Assembly: GCA_963706645.1 (NCBI GenBank)
Contig: CAVPNR010000018.1
Coordinates: forward strand, 151,818 to 215,817
Length of the DNA stretch: 64,000 nucleotides
From: an uncultured Acidobacteriaceae bacterium
Lineage (GTDB): Bacteria; Acidobacteriota; Terriglobia; Terriglobales; Acidobacteriaceae
Reading direction: 5' to 3'
The notes beneath the pieces were generated by a model. That model saw nothing but the letters and a program-made list of their open reading frames with translations, was not told the DNA's origin and made no database searches. Every line of letters begins with the position of its first letter. Position 1 is the stretch's first letter. Shown here in pieces: positions 29,628 through 37,592 of the stretch. The translations under genes and the position numbers were made by a program.

Positions 29628-30998
29628 TCAAGGCTTTTGTCTTTCGCTCGAAGCCCCGCGATACACCACTCCGCCCTTCATCACAAAATCCACCTTCTCC
29701 ATCACTGTCACATCCCCCAGCGGATCCCCCGGCACCGCCACAATGTCCGCCAACTTCCCCGCCTCAATCGTCCCCAACGAATCCTGCATCCCTAACAATT
29801 CCGCCGCGGTCGCGGTGGCCGATCGAATCGCCTGTGCCGGAGTCATCCCAAACTTCACCATCGAAGAAAACTCCTTCGCCGGATTGATCTTCCAATCAAA
29901 CCCACCCGCATCCGTGCCAAACGCAATCTTGACCCCAGCCTTCATCGCGCGCCGAAACGTGTCTTCATGAATCTGAATCATCTTCACCCACACCGGAGCC
30001 CCTTCCGCCGCCCGCCCCTGCGCCACGTACTCCCCCACAAAAATTGTCGGCACATAAAAAATCCCCCGCGCCGCCATCGTCTTCAAGTCTTCGTCTGCAA
30101 TGTAGTTCCCATGCTCGATCGTATCCACGCCCGCCTCGACGGAATTGTGCACCCCATGCAACGCCATCGCATGCGACGCAACTTTGTGCCGCTCTCGATG
30201 CGCTTCATCCACAATCGCGTGCAACTCTTCCGGCGTGAACGTCGGAATATCGTCGAGCACGCCGTCCTCTCGCACCCGATACGTCCGGTCGCTGTACACC
30301 TTGATCCAGTCCGCCCCGTGGCTGATCTGCTCCCGCACCGCCGCCCGCGCGTTGTCCGCACCATCGACAAGCTGCACGCCATGCGGCACCATCACGGCAG
30401 GCGCATACCCCTGCAGCGGATAAGCCCCCGTAACATCCAAAGCCCGCGTCGCCACCTGCATCCGCGGCCCAGGAATCACTCCGCCATTGATCGCCTTCTT
30501 CACGTCCGCATCGGCATATCCCGCGCCCTCCGTCTCCAGATCCCGAATCGACGTGAACCCATACTCCAGCGCCCGCCGCGCATTCACCGTCGCCAGAATC
30601 GTCCGATACTCCGGCGACTGCTTCAACAATTGTTCGTCATACTCCGCCGCCGTAATGTCCCCCTGCAGCAAAATATGCGTGTGCGTATCAATCAGTCCCG
30701 GCAGACACGTGTGCGTTTCGAGATTAATCACGATCGTCTGTGGAAGCGTTCCTCCGCCGGTCCCAGGAATAACCCTTTCGATCTTGCCCTCGTACACGAC
30801 GATCGTGCTCGCGCCGAGTAGCTTTTCGGACTTCCCGTCCCACACATGTCCGCAGAGCAAGTCTATCTGCGGCTCAGTTGGTGGTGGCGTCAACACCAAC
30901 GGCGGTTGCTGGATCACAACGGGTTTGCTCACCTGTTGCGCCATCACCATCCCGCAAACCAAAAGAAAAAAACTAACGAGCAAGGCAACTCCGCGCAT
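29628..30998 (-). CDS. Amidohydrolase family protein (metal-dependent hydrolase)
   Basis: 456 aa with a signal peptide. 'GLIDTHTHIL' (HxH), later 'ASHAM', 'IEHG' and 'FGTDAG' match the amidohydrolase_1 metal ligand order. Confidence 0.8.
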   Translation of the reverse strand: MRGVALLVSFFLLVCGMVMAQQVSKPVVIQQPPLVLTPPPTEPQIDLLCGHVWDGKSEKLLGASTIVVYEGKIERVIPGTGGGTLPQTIVINLETHTCLPGLIDTHTHILLQGDITAAEYDEQLLKQSPEYRTILATVNARRALEYGFTSIRDLETEGAGYADADVKKAINGGVIPGPRMQVATRALDVTGAYPLQGYAPAVMVPHGVQLVDGADNARAAVREQISHGADWIKVYSDRTYRVREDGVLDDIPTFTPEELHAIVDEAHRERHKVASHAMALHGVHNSVEAGVDTIEHGNYIADEDLKTMAARGIFYVPTIFVGEYVAQGRAAEGAPVWVKMIQIHEDTFRRAMKAGVKIAFGTDAGGFDWKINPAKEFSSMVKFGMTPAQAIRSATATAAELLGMQDSLGTIEAGKLADIVAVPGDPLGDVTVMEKVDFVMKGGVVYRGASSERQKP

Positions 30999-31008
30999 CG
31001 CCCCTCCT

Positions 31009-31082
31009 CTTGAAACCTTGAAACCTTGAAACCTTGAAACCTTGAAACCTTGAAACCTTGAAACCTTGAAACCTTGAAACCT
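31009..31082. repeat. Octamer tandem repeat (cttgaaac)x9
   Basis: Read directly. On the minus strand it reads (gtttcaag)9 and runs straight into AGGAGG-N5-ATG of the amidohydrolase gene. Confidence 0.95.
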
Positions 31083-31414
31083 CGCCTTTCTGCATTTCCT
31101 GTGCGCCCTCTGTGGATATTCCGGCTGCCCACTCTACCAGATTTTCTTCCGCCCGCCGCGCCCGCACGAAAACCACAGCGATCCAGTGCTAATTGACCCG
31201 TACTTAAGCCGTTGCTTCATCCGTGATAATCCGCGAAAATCCGTGGCGAATCTTTTCCTCAATTGCACCAAAAATACTGAATTGACCCGCGCCCGTTTCG
31301 CTCGTACAGTCTCCTTCGCCTTCATAAAAATCCCAGTCGTTCCAGCCGGGCAAAACCGGTTGACGATGCGTAATCAAAACCTCAGCAGAAAGTTCATATT
31401 CAGGTCAGCGCCAC

Positions 31415-31792
31415 ATGAAATCAGAGCAATGGAAGACATACCGCACGCGTTTCTTAGTCAAAGCCAAACAACTTAGTTCCAGCCTCAGCTTCGTCGACCA
31501 TCTCGGTCGCCAGCATTGCGGACGCAAAGGCGACTACCTCGTCGAATCCTCCGACGGCGTCCTCAGCATCGCCCCGCGCCGCATCTTCGAGGACATCTAC
31601 GTTCCGATGACCCTCCTCCACACACCGGGGAGCGACGCGCCACGACCCGGCTCCTTGAGGTTTGAGCCACTCGAGATCGAAGAGGTTAAGCTCGCCAAGT
31701 CGCCATCCGCGCACGAAAGGGCCGACACAGCGAGCCGAAAACTTCCTCAATCCTGCCGCATCCGTCCCAGCTCCGGCCTGGGTTTGATGTAA
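31415..31792 (+). CDS. Hypothetical protein
   Basis: 125-aa ORF. The first about 65 aa look globular (KGDYLVESSDGVLSIAPRRIFEDIYVPM). The C-terminal part is low-complexity. Confidence 0.4.
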   Translation: MKSEQWKTYRTRFLVKAKQLSSSLSFVDHLGRQHCGRKGDYLVESSDGVLSIAPRRIFEDIYVPMTLLHTPGSDAPRPGSLRFEPLEIEEVKLAKSPSAHERADTASRKLPQSCRIRPSSGLGLM

Positions 31793-31822
31793 ACACGTAG
31801 CCCCGGACGCATTCGTCCGGGG
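31791..31822 (+). repeat. 32-nt hairpin repeat (copy 2)
   Basis: Identical to 29442..29473. Its first two bases complete the TAA stop of ORF 31415. Confidence 0.9.
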
Positions 31823-32510
31823 TTAACTACTAGCCAGCAAGCAGTGAATTTTTCTTGAGAGCCAGCCAAGATTGGAAAGGCACTCGCGACCACGAGTTAG
31901 GTTCCAGAGGGACGGCTGAACCTGTCGATCTCGATCGTTGCAATGCCCACGGCAACCCCAGCCCCTGCCGTGGAATACGACCCCAAAATGCCCGATTCCA
32001 CAAATAACGCCTGCCGTCCGTTTTCCACAATGTGGAAAACGAGGCTCGAAACCCGCACCAAGCCCGTCATTGCTAGGGATACAACCTATGGTGTTTCCCT
32101 CTTGACAGCTACTACCTGCGGGAGTAACTTTGCAATCCCAAGCACCAAAATTCCGCCTCACGGGAATGGGACGGAATTCCCAAGCGGTACAGACAAGTAA
32201 GCATGCGGTCCGGTGCCCAGCCAGAGGTGACTCGGCACCCTCCGCCAACAACAACACAGGCCTCAGGCGCCCGGGCTTCCAGATCCGTAAGCCCGGCGCC
32301 CGAAACCTTAAGCAGTTGGGAACAAAGCATTCTCGACCTTCCGGAAGCCGAATGCCGGAAGCCGGCAATCAGTGCGGTGGCCGTTCCCCGACCCTCCCCC
32401 GGGGCGCGACAACAACTGAAGTGGAGTGAATCACAAATTTGTAACCTGCCCCCCGGCAGATCAGGAAACTCCTTTTCCTACGGGCGGCAGCAACACCCTA
32501 GGAGCCCGGA

Positions 32511-33512
32511 ATGGAAGCTTTAACTCGTCTCGTTGCAGAATCCCTCGCGCGCCACGGTTTCGATCGTCCCCTGGACTATCGTCGCCTTCACTGGTCACGC
32601 TGGTTCCGTTGCGACTCCCACCACAGTCTCCTCGCCGTCCCCAGCAAACCCGGCGTCTTCGCCGTCGCCGAAGAAGTCATGGACTTCGGGCCGAATGTGG
32701 AACAACGGCCCTTTCGCGCAATGACAGATGTGAAGGAGCGCTTCAGCGCCACGACGGTGGTGGAAGAGCAGCCCCTTAGCCCGACGACTCGGGTGGAAGA
32801 GCGGCGCTTCAGCGCCGCGTCAGGCAGCCACTCTAATCCGGCTTTAGCCGCTGCGGGAATCTCTCCGGAAGCCGAAAGCTGGAAGCCGGAAGCCCCACAG
32901 CGCCGCCGCATGCTCGCCGTTACCCAATTCTTCGAAGACGACGACATGGCCTTCGTCCTCGACCGCATGCTCTCGCGCCCCAATTCCATGAGCGCTCGCT
33001 TGGCCTCCGGCCGCTACTTCGTCCGCTTCGTCGTCATCGAAGACCAGACCCAGCGCCGCAGCATTTGCAGCGCCCTGAATCAATGGATGGTCTCCGCCTC
33101 CGAAAAAGCCACCGGCATCGGCGCCCATTTCGCCACCTCCCTTGAACTCACCCCGGCCACCGAATACAACCCTCAAGCCGATGAGAGACAGCAATCCCTT
33201 TTCGCGAACGAAGAGAATCTGGCGCGTACGCCCTCACCCGCGACTGCCGTCGCCACCGATGCGCATGCGGCGACGGCCGCTAAGCCTGCCCTGAGCGGAG
33301 TCGAAGGGGCCGTCTCGCGAAGCGAAGCGAGCCGCCCAGTGGAAGAGCGGCGCTTTAGCGCCGCGTCAAGCGCCTCGCAGGAATCCGCGGCTTCAGCCGC
33401 TGAGGTTCACCGCGTGCCCGCCGCCGTTTCACCCATTCCGACGACCCCGCACCTACACTCCGGAGCCGCCACCAACATTCACTGTCCCTCCCCCTTCCCC
33501 TCCGGCTTCTAG
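32511..33512 (+). CDS. Hypothetical protein whose reading frame runs through several REP-type repeats
   Basis: 333-aa ORF. Segments such as 'VEERRFSAAS' (twice), 'PEAESWKPEA' and 'PALSGVEGAV' are translations of repeat families seen in intergenic DNA elsewhere in the window. Confidence 0.4.
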   Translation: MEALTRLVAESLARHGFDRPLDYRRLHWSRWFRCDSHHSLLAVPSKPGVFAVAEEVMDFGPNVEQRPFRAMTDVKERFSATTVVEEQPLSPTTRVEERRFSAASGSHSNPALAAAGISPEAESWKPEAPQRRRMLAVTQFFEDDDMAFVLDRMLSRPNSMSARLASGRYFVRFVVIEDQTQRRSICSALNQWMVSASEKATGIGAHFATSLELTPATEYNPQADERQQSLFANEENLARTPSPATAVATDAHAATAAKPALSGVEGAVSRSEASRPVEERRFSAASSASQESAASAAEVHRVPAAVSPIPTTPHLHSGAATNIHCPSPFPSGF

Positions 33513-33873
33513 CCGAGGGTTTCGGGTTGGCGCAGCGCTTCCAGCGCTGCGATCAAACGTTCTTTGCAGGAAGATTCGTATCAGGGCACGGCTTAGGCCG
33601 TGCCGTAAGAAGGTTTTGGGAAGGGCACGACTTCAGTCGTGCCGCTAGCAGTCCGAGATGATGGGCGGCTTTAGCCGCTGAGGTTAGCCTGAAGGGTCGG
33701 AATATGTTACCCCAAGGACGGAAGTCCTGGGTGGACCCGAAGAACCGGAACGAGTCCCGTAGGGACACTACAAGATCTTTGAAAGACCCATGCACCACCC
33801 CGATTCCCCGCCCGCCAGCCCCGGACGCCTGAATCGGCGCATCACGCATAGAATCTAATAATTGGAGAGCCCA

Positions 33874-36800
33874 ATGGCAGAATTGAAAACCGCAACCGAA
33901 ACGACCGTCCCAGCAGCCCCGTCCGTCCCCGCGAAGAAGAAGTCCTCTGGCCTCTCCTTCCGCCGCTTCTTTACCAAGCCCGGCGTCTCGCCCTACAACG
34001 AAGTCGAATGGGATCTCCGCCTCGCTCAGATCACCGATGCCCAAGGCAACATAATCTTCGAGCAGAAGGACGTCGAAGTCCCCAAAGACTGGTCCATGAC
34101 CGCCACCAACATCGTGGCCAGCAAATATCTGCACGGCAAAATCGGCACTCCCGAGCGTGAAACCGGGGTCCGCCAGCTTGTCGCCCGCGTCGCCGAAACC
34201 ATCCGCGACTGGGGAATGGCGCAAGGCTACTTCAAGACCGCCGACGACGGCGCCACCTTCCACGACGAACTTGTCCATATCCTCGTGCGCCAGTACGCCG
34301 CCTTCAACTCGCCCGTTTGGTTCAACGTGGGATGCGATCGCATCGAGCCCAACTCCGACGGCCGCAACTGGCACTGGAATCCGCAGACCCAGCAAGTCGA
34401 ATTCGGCGTCACCGGATACTCCAAGCCCCAGTGCTCCGCTTGTTTTATTAACTCAGTAAAAGACTCGCTCGACTCGATTCTCACTCTCGCCAAGACCGAA
34501 GGCATGCTCTTCAAGTGGGGCAGTGGCACAGGAACCAATCTCTCGCCCCTGCGCGGATCCACCGAAACTCTCTCCGGCGGTGGCACTGCCAGCGGCCCGC
34601 TCAGCTTCATGAAAGGATTCGACGCCTTCGCCGGCGTCATCAAGTCCGGCGGCAAAACTCGCCGCGCTGCCAAGATGGTCATCCTCAACGTCGACCATCC
34701 CGACATCATCGAATTCATCGAGTGCAAACAGAAAGAAGAAGCCAAGGCCCACGCCCTCGTCTCCATGGGATACGACGGCTCCCATCCCGACTCCGACGCC
34801 TACTCCTCCATCTTCTTCCAGAACGCGAATAACTCTGTCCGCGTCACCGACGACTTCATGTATGCCGTCGTTCGCGACACCGACTTCTCCACCCGCACCG
34901 TAACCGATGGCTCGGTCGTCAAGACCTACAAGGCGAAAGAACTCCTTCGCAAAATTTCTGAAGCCACCTGGCACTGCGGCGATCCCGGCATGCAATACGA
35001 CACCACCGTCAACCGCTGGCATACCTCGAAGAACACCGCACGCATCAACGCCAGCAACCCGTGCAGCGAATACATGTTCCTGGACGATTCCGCCTGCAAC
35101 CTCGCCAGTCTGAACCTGCTGAAGTTCGCGCCCAACGGCACCTTCGACGTGGAAGCGTATCGTCACGCAGTAGACGTGCTAATCACCGCGCAGGAAATCC
35201 TGGTCGACAACGCCGGATATCCCACCGAACACATCATGCGCAACTCGCACGACTACCGTCCTCTAGGATTGGGCTATGCAAATCTGGGCGCGCTACTGAT
35301 GGCCGCAGGCCTCCCCTACGACAGCGACGCCGGCCGCGACTACGCCTCCTGCGTAACCGCAATTATGTGCGGCGAAGCCTACCTGCAGTCCAGCCGCATC
35401 GCCGAACAATGCGAACCTCTGGTCCCCGCAACCGAAGCCACAAAAAAGAATCTGTCAGAAACAAATCTGGGAGCGAGCATTGCACATGTGGGGACGGCCG
35501 CCTCGGCCGTCCAGCGAAGCGAAGCGAGCGCCTCGGCGGCACAAACCATGCCCGGCGGAGCCTGCCCCGGCTGGTACATCAACCGCGAACCCTTCCTCGA
35601 TGTAATTCGCATGCACAGAGCAAGCGTCAATGGAATCAATAAAGCTAACGTCCCCACCACCATCTACGAAGCCAGCAAGCAATGCTGGGATGAAGCCCTC
35701 GCCCACGGCGAAAAACACGGCTACAGAAATTCCCAGGTCACAGTGCTAGCCCCCACAGGCACCATCGGTTTCATGATGGACTGCGATACAACTGGAATCG
35801 AGCCGGATCTGGCTTTGATTAAGTACAAGAAGCTGGTGGGTGGGGGGATGATTAAGATCGTCAACAACACTGTGCCGACGGCTTTGTTCAAGCTGGGGTA
35901 CAGCCATGACCAGGCGGATGCGATTGTTAGTTACATTGACGCTACCGGAACCATCGAAGGGGCGCCGCATATTAAGGACGAGCATCTCGCGGTGTTTGAT
36001 TGCTCGTTCAAGCCGGCTAAGGGGACTCGATCGATTGCTTATATGGGGCATCTGCGGATGATGGCTGCTGCGCAGCCCTTCATCTCTGGAGCGATCTCGA
36101 AGACGGTCAATCTTCCCGAGAACGCTAGCGTCGAAGACATTGCCGAAGCTTATCTGCAGGCTTGGAAGCTGGGGCTGAAGGCCGTCGCGGTTTATCGCGA
36201 CGGATGCAAGAAGTCGCAACCGCTCTCGGCCGCCGGCACCAAGACTGCGAACTCCACCAAGGACGACGCCCGCATCGCCGCCGCGCAGCATGTTGAGGAA
36301 GAAGATATGAACGCTCCTCCTCGCGCCGTGCGGCATCGGTTGCAGGAAGAGCGCGCTTCGATCACGCACAAGTTCAAGATCGGAGATCACGAGGGGTACA
36401 TCACCGTCGGCCTCTATCCCAACGGAGAGCCCGGCGAACTGTTCATCACCATGGCGAAAGAAGGATCGACCGTCAGCGGCCTGATGGACAGCTTCGCGTT
36501 GACGACCTCGATCGCGCTGCAGCACGGCGTTCCGTTGCGCCTGCTCTGTGAAAAGTTCGCGCACACGCGCTTCGAGCCCAGCGGTTGGAGCGGCAATCCC
36601 GACCTCGGCTACGCCAAGTCGATCACCGACTACATCTTCCGCTGGTTGCAACTCCGCTTCCTGACCGGGCAGCAGCAGTTGCTGTTCGACAACCTCAGAC
36701 TGCGGCCCGCCGGTGGAGCACCACCGGAAGCCGGAGATGTGAACGTCGCAAGCAGTCCGGAAGCCAGAAGCCGGAAGGCGGAAGCCGGCCCGGTCCACGC

Positions 36801-36930
36801 CGCCGACGCGCTCTCCAGCATGGTCGACATGGGAGACGCCCCCAGTTGCAGCTTCTGCGGCAGCATCATGACCCGCAACGGCAGCTGCTATCGCTGCGGA
36901 AGCTGCGGCAGCACCAGCGGCTGCAGCTAG
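33874..36930 (+). CDS. nrdJ: Vitamin B12-dependent (class II) ribonucleotide reductase
   Basis: The ATG at 33874 is preceded by GGAGAG. 'NSPVWFN', 'SACF', 'NPCSEYMFLDDSACNLASLNL' and 'ISKTVNLP' are present, with a C-terminal zinc ribbon CSFC...CYRC. Confidence 0.92.
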   Translation: MAELKTATETTVPAAPSVPAKKKSSGLSFRRFFTKPGVSPYNEVEWDLRLAQITDAQGNIIFEQKDVEVPKDWSMTATNIVASKYLHGKIGTPERETGVRQLVARVAETIRDWGMAQGYFKTADDGATFHDELVHILVRQYAAFNSPVWFNVGCDRIEPNSDGRNWHWNPQTQQVEFGVTGYSKPQCSACFINSVKDSLDSILTLAKTEGMLFKWGSGTGTNLSPLRGSTETLSGGGTASGPLSFMKGFDAFAGVIKSGGKTRRAAKMVILNVDHPDIIEFIECKQKEEAKAHALVSMGYDGSHPDSDAYSSIFFQNANNSVRVTDDFMYAVVRDTDFSTRTVTDGSVVKTYKAKELLRKISEATWHCGDPGMQYDTTVNRWHTSKNTARINASNPCSEYMFLDDSACNLASLNLLKFAPNGTFDVEAYRHAVDVLITAQEILVDNAGYPTEHIMRNSHDYRPLGLGYANLGALLMAAGLPYDSDAGRDYASCVTAIMCGEAYLQSSRIAEQCEPLVPATEATKKNLSETNLGASIAHVGTAASAVQRSEASASAAQTMPGGACPGWYINREPFLDVIRMHRASVNGINKANVPTTIYEASKQCWDEALAHGEKHGYRNSQVTVLAPTGTIGFMMDCDTTGIEPDLALIKYKKLVGGGMIKIVNNTVPTALFKLGYSHDQADAIVSYIDATGTIEGAPHIKDEHLAVFDCSFKPAKGTRSIAYMGHLRMMAAAQPFISGAISKTVNLPENASVEDIAEAYLQAWKLGLKAVAVYRDGCKKSQPLSAAGTKTANSTKDDARIAAAQHVEEEDMNAPPRAVRHRLQEERASITHKFKIGDHEGYITVGLYPNGEPGELFITMAKEGSTVSGLMDSFALTTSIALQHGVPLRLLCEKFAHTRFEPSGWSGNPDLGYAKSITDYIFRWLQLRFLTGQQQLLFDNLRLRPAGGAPPEAGDVNVASSPEARSRKAEAGPVHAADALSSMVDMGDAPSCSFCGSIMTRNGSCYRCGSCGSTSGCS
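35486..35537 (+). repeat. REP-like element, family A, embedded in-frame in nrdJ
   Basis: atgtggggacggccgcctcggccgtccagcgaagcgaagcgagcgcctcggc is homologous to the intergenic copies. It is translated as HVGTAASAVQRSEASASA. Confidence 0.75.
36821..36930 (+). repeat. Direct repeat DR1 (functional 3' end of nrdJ)
   Basis: 110 nt, matching 37483..37592 at 100/110 positions without indels (hand alignment). Confidence 0.9.
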
Positions 36931-36995
36931 AATCGTGTTTCATTATGTGGGGCGGGCGCCCTCGCCCGCCCGCTCTTTGCTAGCGGAACTGCCGC

Positions 36996-37229
36996 ATGCA
37001 CTTCAAGGTCGTCGGACCCATCGAGAATGTGGAGCTGATCGCATCCGGCAAAGCGATCCGCGAGCGCAAGCGGCTTTGGAAGGCGTATGGCAAGGGACGC
37101 TGGCGGAAACTGAAGGGCAACGCCGAGGTAGAGTTTCCCGATGGTACGATGTGCCATGCGGAAATCCACTGGTACGAAGCCCACGGGATTGGGGCGAAAG
37201 AGCACAAGATCAAGCGAATCGTTGAATGA
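36996..37229 (+). CDS. Hypothetical 77-aa protein, first gene of a two-gene cassette
   Basis: ATG start: MHFKVVGPIENVELIASGKAIRERKRLWKAYGKGRWRKLKGNAEVEFPDGTMCHAEIHWYEAHGIGAKEHKIKRIVE. No repeat-derived sequence and a globular composition. Confidence 0.6.
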   Translation: MHFKVVGPIENVELIASGKAIRERKRLWKAYGKGRWRKLKGNAEVEFPDGTMCHAEIHWYEAHGIGAKEHKIKRIVE

Positions 37230-37245
37230 CCTAAAGACGAGTGAT

Positions 37246-37473
37246 ATGAAACGCGAGGCACAATACGTTATTTGCGTGGGGAACAAGGGTTACCCGGCTT
37301 CGCTGGAGTTGCGCAAGATCTATCAGATCATTCCGGACACGGTCGCAGCCAGACTTCATCAAATTCGCGTCATTGATGAGTCTGGCGAAGACTATTTGTA
37401 CCCGGAAGACTATTTCGTCCCTGTGCAGTTGCCGCAGGCTGTCGAGCGAGCTGTGCGACGGGCGACCGCATAA
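37246..37473 (+). CDS. Hypothetical 75-aa protein, second gene of the cassette
   Basis: The ATG at 37246 is 16 nt after the previous stop: MKREAQYVICVGNKGYPASLELRKIYQIIPDTVAARLHQIRVIDESGEDYLYPEDYFVPVQLPQAVERAVRRATA. Confidence 0.6.
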   Translation: MKREAQYVICVGNKGYPASLELRKIYQIIPDTVAARLHQIRVIDESGEDYLYPEDYFVPVQLPQAVERAVRRATA

Positions 37474-37482
37474 GTCCGGAGT

Positions 37483-37592
37483 TGGTCGACATGGGCGACG
37501 CCCCCAGTTGCAGCTTCTGCGGCGTCATCATGACCCGCAACGGCAGCTGCTATAGATGCATGAGCCGCGGCAGCACCAGCGGATGCAGCTAG
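37483..37592 (+). pseudogene. Direct repeat DR2: displaced, diverged copy of the nrdJ 3' end
   Basis: It would read VDMGDAPSCSFCGVIMTRNGSCYRCMSRGSTSGCS*, against VDMGDAPSCSFCGSIMTRNGSCYRCGSCGSTSGCS* in nrdJ. It is not connected to any upstream nrdJ-like frame. Confidence 0.85.

Noticed and set aside
12146-31082. CRISPR arrays at the tandem-repeat sites (12146, 13574, 31009)
   Set aside because: The units are 7-16 nt and directly abutting, with no unique spacers. There are no cas genes in the window.
31823-32510. RNase P RNA, tmRNA, SRP RNA or 6S RNA in the ORF-free interval
   Set aside because: Neither strand carries the universal RNase P blocks (GGAAAGTCCGGGC / ACAGAACCCGGCTTA), a GGTTCGA-type T-loop with CCA for tmRNA, or the SRP GGAAG...AGCAGC motif. 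The 'gggcttacgg' similarity is part of a REP-type hairpin.
33513-33873. NrdR boxes or a cobalamin riboswitch upstream of nrdJ
   Set aside because: I found no pair of ACAC-N-ATAT-N-GTGT-type palindromes at the right spacing and no B12-box-like core. The spacer is mostly family-D/F repeat hairpins. An Rfam/motif scan is still needed to be sure.
33553-36798. Long antisense ORFs inside nrdJ (33553..34395, 280 aa; 34453..35166, 237 aa; 35746..36798, 350 aa)
   Set aside because: They lie fully within and opposite a gene with unambiguous class II RNR motifs. Their translations are Arg/Gly/Ala/Val-rich with no motifs, which is typical of open antisense frames in high-GC DNA.
33874-36930. Intein in nrdJ as an explanation for its length (1018 aa)
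   Set aside because: There is no His-Asn dipeptide anywhere in the translation and no intein block pattern. The extra length is accounted for by the N-terminal extension, the repeat-derived inserts and the C-terminal zinc ribbon.
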